The notes beneath the pieces were generated by a model, which was not told the DNA's origin, made no database searches, and worked only from the letters and a program-made list of their open reading frames with translations. Positions 60,171 through 64,000 of a stretch of 64,000 nt of DNA are shown one piece after another. The DNA comes from an uncultured Geobacter sp. (lineage in GTDB: Bacteria; Desulfobacterota; Desulfuromonadia; Geobacterales; CAIOGM01): contig CAIUWK010000102.1 in the NCBI GenBank assembly GCA_903902855.1, positions 21,496-85,495 of the forward strand, written 5' to 3'. A program made the position numbers and the translations under genes. Numbering within the stretch: the first letter of the stretch is position 1; the number at the start of each line of letters is the position of its first letter.

Positions 60171-62813
60171 TCAGACGGGTTCGTCCGTCGCCGGTTCACT
60201 CTTTTTCCGGGGTCCCCGTTTCCGCACCGCAGGAGCCGACTGGTCCCCCTCCACTGAAGCGACCGCTTCCCCGGCCACAACCCCAGGATTCTCCTTCTTT
60301 TTCCGGGGAGCACGCGGCCGCGGCACCGCTTGAGTCGGTTGCGTCTCGGTAGCGGCATCCTGGGGGGATCCCGCCTCCTCTCCCAGGGTCACGGACGACT
60401 CCGGAGTAACATCGGACAGTTTCGGTACGGCCGGTTTCCGTGGGGAACGGGAACGTCCGGCAGGAGCCTTAACGACTTTTTCCGGAGAGGGAACTCCCTC
60501 CTCGTCCAGGGTGACCCCTTCGTCAGCGGCATCCGCCACCATCTTCCGAGGACGCGGCGTGCGCGGCTTCTTCACCAGAACCGGGAGGAGCTCTGCGCTA
60601 CCGGCTTCTTCTATCGGCGCCGGCGTCTCCGACCTGTCCGGAAGGAGTGACGACTCCTCTGATACCGGCTCAACGGCAACCAGATCGCCGACCTCTGCTT
60701 CTTCCCCTTCCGCCGAGGGCTCCTCTTCGGTGCGGCGCTTTGCCCCGCGCCGTCTCCGGCGACGCTTCTTCTTCGCCTCTTCCACGACGCCCCCCTCCTC
60801 CGTCCCTTCATCAGACGGTGACTCGGACGCGTCACTCCCCCCTTCTTCATCCGGCTCCCCAGCCAGGGAGTCATCGGGTTCAGATGTCATGGAGGCAACC
60901 GTTTCCGGGGAGGTACCGGCGACGCTCTTATTCCGCTTCCGGCGACGCTTCCGTTTTTTGGCCCCACTCCCGGCCGGGAGTTCAGCAGAGGGTTCCTCCC
61001 CGGCTTCACCCTCCAGATCAGCGACGGAAGAGTCGCTCTCAGACTCATCATCTTCCCCCGGCTCCTGCTCCGACTCCTCGGCAGCGTCCCCCCCTTCCAC
61101 GGGGGAGCTCTCCCCCTCCTGGGGTTTCTTCTTGCCGCGGCGCCGTTTCCGCTTCTTCCCCGCCTCTCCTGTTTCCTCCAGAGCAGCAGGCTCCTCCGTC
61201 GTCTCAAGAGACTCCTCTGCGGCCTCACTCTCCTCTTCTTCCAGGTACTCCTCTTCCTTGGGGAAGACCGGTGCGGTCACCAGGGCCGCCTGCACCCCAT
61301 CGGACTGCCCTTCGGAGGAGGGCTTCTCCCGCTTGAGCAGTTCCAGTTCGATCTGATTCATGAGGAATGACGGTTTCCCCTTGAGGGTTACTTCGATGTC
61401 GTAATCCGCTTCGATGCGAGCCAGATCCTTCTTCTTCCGGTTGAGAAGATAATAGGCCACCTCCAGCGGCAGCCCGCCACGGACCTCACCGATGGTCCCC
61501 TTGGCAGCGGCGCCATGGACCTTCCGGAGGAAGGAAACAGCCATGGCCTCCACCGACTTGATCCGCCCCCTCCCCTCGCAGTGAGGGCATTCCAGATAGA
61601 CCGCCTCGTTGGCGGTCTGCCGTATCCGCTGACGGGACATCTCCAGCAGGCCGAACTGGGAAATTTTCCCCACGGTTACCCGGGCCTTGTCGCTCTTGAG
61701 GGCATGCTTGAGGGTCTTCTCCACGTCGGCGTTATGCTTCCGGTCACGCATATCGATGAAGTCGATGACGATGAGCCCCCCCAAATCCCGGAGCCGGAGC
61801 TGCCGCGCCGCCTCTTCCGCCGCCTCCATGTTGGTCTTGTAGGCGGTATCCTCCACCCCCCTTTCCCCGGTACTCTTCCCCGAGTTCACGTCGATGGAGA
61901 CCAGGGCCTCGGCCGGTTCGATGACCAGGGAGCCACCGGATTTGAGGAGCACCTTCTTCTCGTAGATCTGATCGATCTGCTCTTCCAGCTGGTAGCGAGA
62001 GAAGATGGGACGTTTTTCCTGGTGAAGCTTTACCCGGGCCGCCATGCGGGGCATGACCTCCTTGAAGAAAGCCTTGGCCTGCTCGTAGACCTCCACGCTG
62101 TCCACAAGGACTTCATCGATCTCCGAGGTGAAATAATCCCGGATGGTCCTGATGATGAGATCCGATTCCTGATAGATGAGGGCCGGCCCCTTGACCCTGG
62201 CCGCCGCCTCCCGGATGGATTCGTTGAGTTTGAGGAGGTAATGGAAATCCTTGGCCAGTTCGGCCTGCTTCTTCCCCAGGGCTTCGGTCCGGATGATGAA
62301 GCCGATCCCCTCGGGGATATTCAGTTCGGCAGCCATCTCCTTGAGCTTCTTCCTTTCCCCCTCGGCCTCCACCTTGCGGGAGACCCCGGCGGAGTCGCTC
62401 CCCGGCATGAGGACCATGTAGCGTCCGGGGAGGGAGAGGTAGGAGGTAACGGCCGCCCCCTTCATGTCTCGCTCCCCCTTTTCCACCTGGACCAGCAGTT
62501 CCTGCCCCCGACGGAGCACCTCCTGAATCCGGGGACGCCGGTTCCGGCTATCCTGAGGGACGTCGTCCCGCCACTGCCAAAACTCCGGGTGCAGCTCCCC
62601 CATCTGGAGGAAACCGAGCTTTTTCAGCCCGATGTCGATGAAGGCGGCCTGAAGACCAGGCTCCACCCGGACCACCACCCCCTTGTAGACGTTCCCCCGG
62701 GTCTGTTCCCGTCCGGCGATCTCGATTCCCAGATCCATGAGGCGGCCATCTTCCACGATGGCCACCCGCGCCTCCTCGGCATGCAGTGCATTGATCAGCA
62801 TCTTCTTCGGCAT
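60171..62813 (-). CDS. rne: Ribonuclease E/G family with long disordered C-terminus
   Basis: 'KMLINA','GNVYKG.V.RVEPGLQAAF','IDVNSG','RLRDLGGLIVIDFIDM','FGLLEMSRQR','CPHCEG'. Confidence 0.95.
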   Translation of the reverse strand: MPKKMLINALHAEEARVAIVEDGRLMDLGIEIAGREQTRGNVYKGVVVRVEPGLQAAFIDIGLKKLGFLQMGELHPEFWQWRDDVPQDSRNRRPRIQEVLRRGQELLVQVEKGERDMKGAAVTSYLSLPGRYMVLMPGSDSAGVSRKVEAEGERKKLKEMAAELNIPEGIGFIIRTEALGKKQAELAKDFHYLLKLNESIREAAARVKGPALIYQESDLIIRTIRDYFTSEIDEVLVDSVEVYEQAKAFFKEVMPRMAARVKLHQEKRPIFSRYQLEEQIDQIYEKKVLLKSGGSLVIEPAEALVSIDVNSGKSTGERGVEDTAYKTNMEAAEEAARQLRLRDLGGLIVIDFIDMRDRKHNADVEKTLKHALKSDKARVTVGKISQFGLLEMSRQRIRQTANEAVYLECPHCEGRGRIKSVEAMAVSFLRKVHGAAAKGTIGEVRGGLPLEVAYYLLNRKKKDLARIEADYDIEVTLKGKPSFLMNQIELELLKREKPSSEGQSDGVQAALVTAPVFPKEEEYLEEEESEAAEESLETTEEPAALEETGEAGKKRKRRRGKKKPQEGESSPVEGGDAAEESEQEPGEDDESESDSSVADLEGEAGEEPSAELPAGSGAKKRKRRRKRNKSVAGTSPETVASMTSEPDDSLAGEPDEEGGSDASESPSDEGTEEGGVVEEAKKKRRRRRRGAKRRTEEEPSAEGEEAEVGDLVAVEPVSEESSLLPDRSETPAPIEEAGSAELLPVLVKKPRTPRPRKMVADAADEGVTLDEEGVPSPEKVVKAPAGRSRSPRKPAVPKLSDVTPESSVTLGEEAGSPQDAATETQPTQAVPRPRAPRKKKENPGVVAGEAVASVEGDQSAPAVRKRGPRKKSEPATDEPV

Positions 62814-63134
62814 AATGTATTCAATCCTTTCGCCCCGGTCTGGGGCAATCTGTGAGAGTGACGTAACGGGTCCGTCGCGGGAGCAGGATATCCGCTCACC
62901 TCCGGGCAACGTTCATCACAGGTGACGGCGCACGAAATTTTCGTACTGCGGTTTTCGTTCTCTATGGTCGCCTCCGGCGTCACGGAACAGCTCTCCGCCG
63001 GAAAGGGTCATCAAAAATTGGCAAAGGATAACAGATTTTTTCCGATGGCACCACGTAAAACACTCTTTCAGCCCCACCCCACCGGCAACTGAGTGAAATA
63101 CCCTCTTGATCCCCGGCATGGGGCGTTCATCCCG

Positions 63135-64000
63135 CTAAAATTCCGGAAATGCGGCAAGCACCTCACGCACGGCAACCACGGAAAGGCTGTTCCCTGCCAG
63201 CCCCCATCTCCTGCGCAGCGTCATCCCCGGGGGAAAGCGGAATGCCGGGGAAAAATGGAGCAGCCGAATAATCTCCTCCGGCGAGAAGCGGCGAACCCGG
63301 GAACCGCACCTCAGGTACGAGCCGGCGTTGGTCAATGACCGGCCATAGCCGGAGGTGAAGCAGGTGGTGACGCTCAGAGGGTCGTCGGGCTCCAGGATAG
63401 GGAGAGCAGCGCCGAAACGGGAGATGATCTCATCAGGAAGAAAAAGCTCTTCCAGTGCCCCCTCAGTCAACATTGGGTCAAGGTACTCCGCAAGAGGAGA
63501 CAGGGAGCGAGGAGAAGCCGGTTTTTCCGGCGCCAGGGGGGAGAGTGATGCAGTGAGATAGAATCGTGGGCGGCGGGAAGGTATCCCCAACTGGGTGGGG
63601 CAAAGGAGCCGTTCTCGCAGTTGATACCCCCGTCCGGCCAGTAGCTCCACCAGACGGCCATGGGCCTGGGAGCCCACAAATCCGACGACGTTCTCCAGGG
63701 CCAGGTGCCGCGGCAGAGCTGCTCCGGGTATCCGGGAGAGGAGTTCCATGAGGTGCATGATACTCCCGGCCCGATGGTCATCCAGATCACGCCGGGCACC
63801 ACGCTCGCAATAGGGCTGACAGGGGGGAGAAAGCCACCAGAGTTCCGCAGCCGGAGCGATCAACTCCCAGGCGCTGACCCGCTCCAGGTCGACCCGCCGG
63901 GTCGGGTGATCCGGGAAGTTGAGGCGATAGCTCTCCAGGGCCGCCGGGTCCTGATCCAGCGCCCCCATCACCCGGACATCCAACTCCGCCACTGCCGCGG
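63135..64000 (-). CDS. Dnmt2-like C5-cytosine methyltransferase (5' end outside the window)
   Basis: Motif IV 'SPPCQPY', motif VI 'LENV', motif VIII 'IPSRRPRFY', Dnmt2-type 'CFTSGYG', 'RRFSPEEI', motif X 'GNSLSV'. Confidence 0.85.
   Translation of the reverse strand, partial: AAVAELDVRVMGALDQDPAALESYRLNFPDHPTRRVDLERVSAWELIAPAAELWWLSPPCQPYCERGARRDLDDHRAGSIMHLMELLSRIPGAALPRHLALENVVGFVGSQAHGRLVELLAGRGYQLRERLLCPTQLGIPSRRPRFYLTASLSPLAPEKPASPRSLSPLAEYLDPMLTEGALEELFLPDEIISRFGAALPILEPDDPLSVTTCFTSGYGRSLTNAGSYLRCGSRVRRFSPEEIIRLLHFSPAFRFPPGMTLRRRWGLAGNSLSVVAVREVLAAFPEF

Noticed and set aside
63135-64000. Restriction-modification or defence system
   Set aside because: The CFT motif and housekeeping context favour Dnmt2; no nuclease gene is visible.

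Overview
GC-rich bacterial chromosome segment that reads as Geobacteraceae/Desulfuromonadia (inferred from the 12-heme cytochrome, DUF3365 heme sensor, PEP-CTERM protein, selB, Dnmt2-like methyltransferase and PilB-like/pilT pair). The centre (about 18.1-38.2 kb, minus strand) is one co-oriented lipid cluster, pfaD-pfaA-pfaBC-oleA-oleB-oleC-oleD: a PUFA-synthase-type PKS joined to head-to-head olefin synthesis. Its first gene, pfaD, is frameshifted at a G12 tract. The flanks hold housekeeping genes (lolA, yajQ, rimO, dksA-like, ppk2, mtgA, selB, argC, rplM-rpsI, nadA, rne) and signalling genes. Less obvious signals are: an intergenic cluster of DnaA-box-like 9-mers around an exact IHF consensus with no dnaA in the window (datA/DARS-like candidate); several short palindromic repeat families sitting in frame in protein linkers, one nested inside another; two genes that appear to need non-ATG starts (ATC, CTG); a PilB-like pseudo-ATPase in front of pilT; and a heme sensor with no output domain. 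I saw no rRNA, tRNA, CRISPR array, transposase or prophage gene. All calls come from motif recognition by eye; no searches were run.
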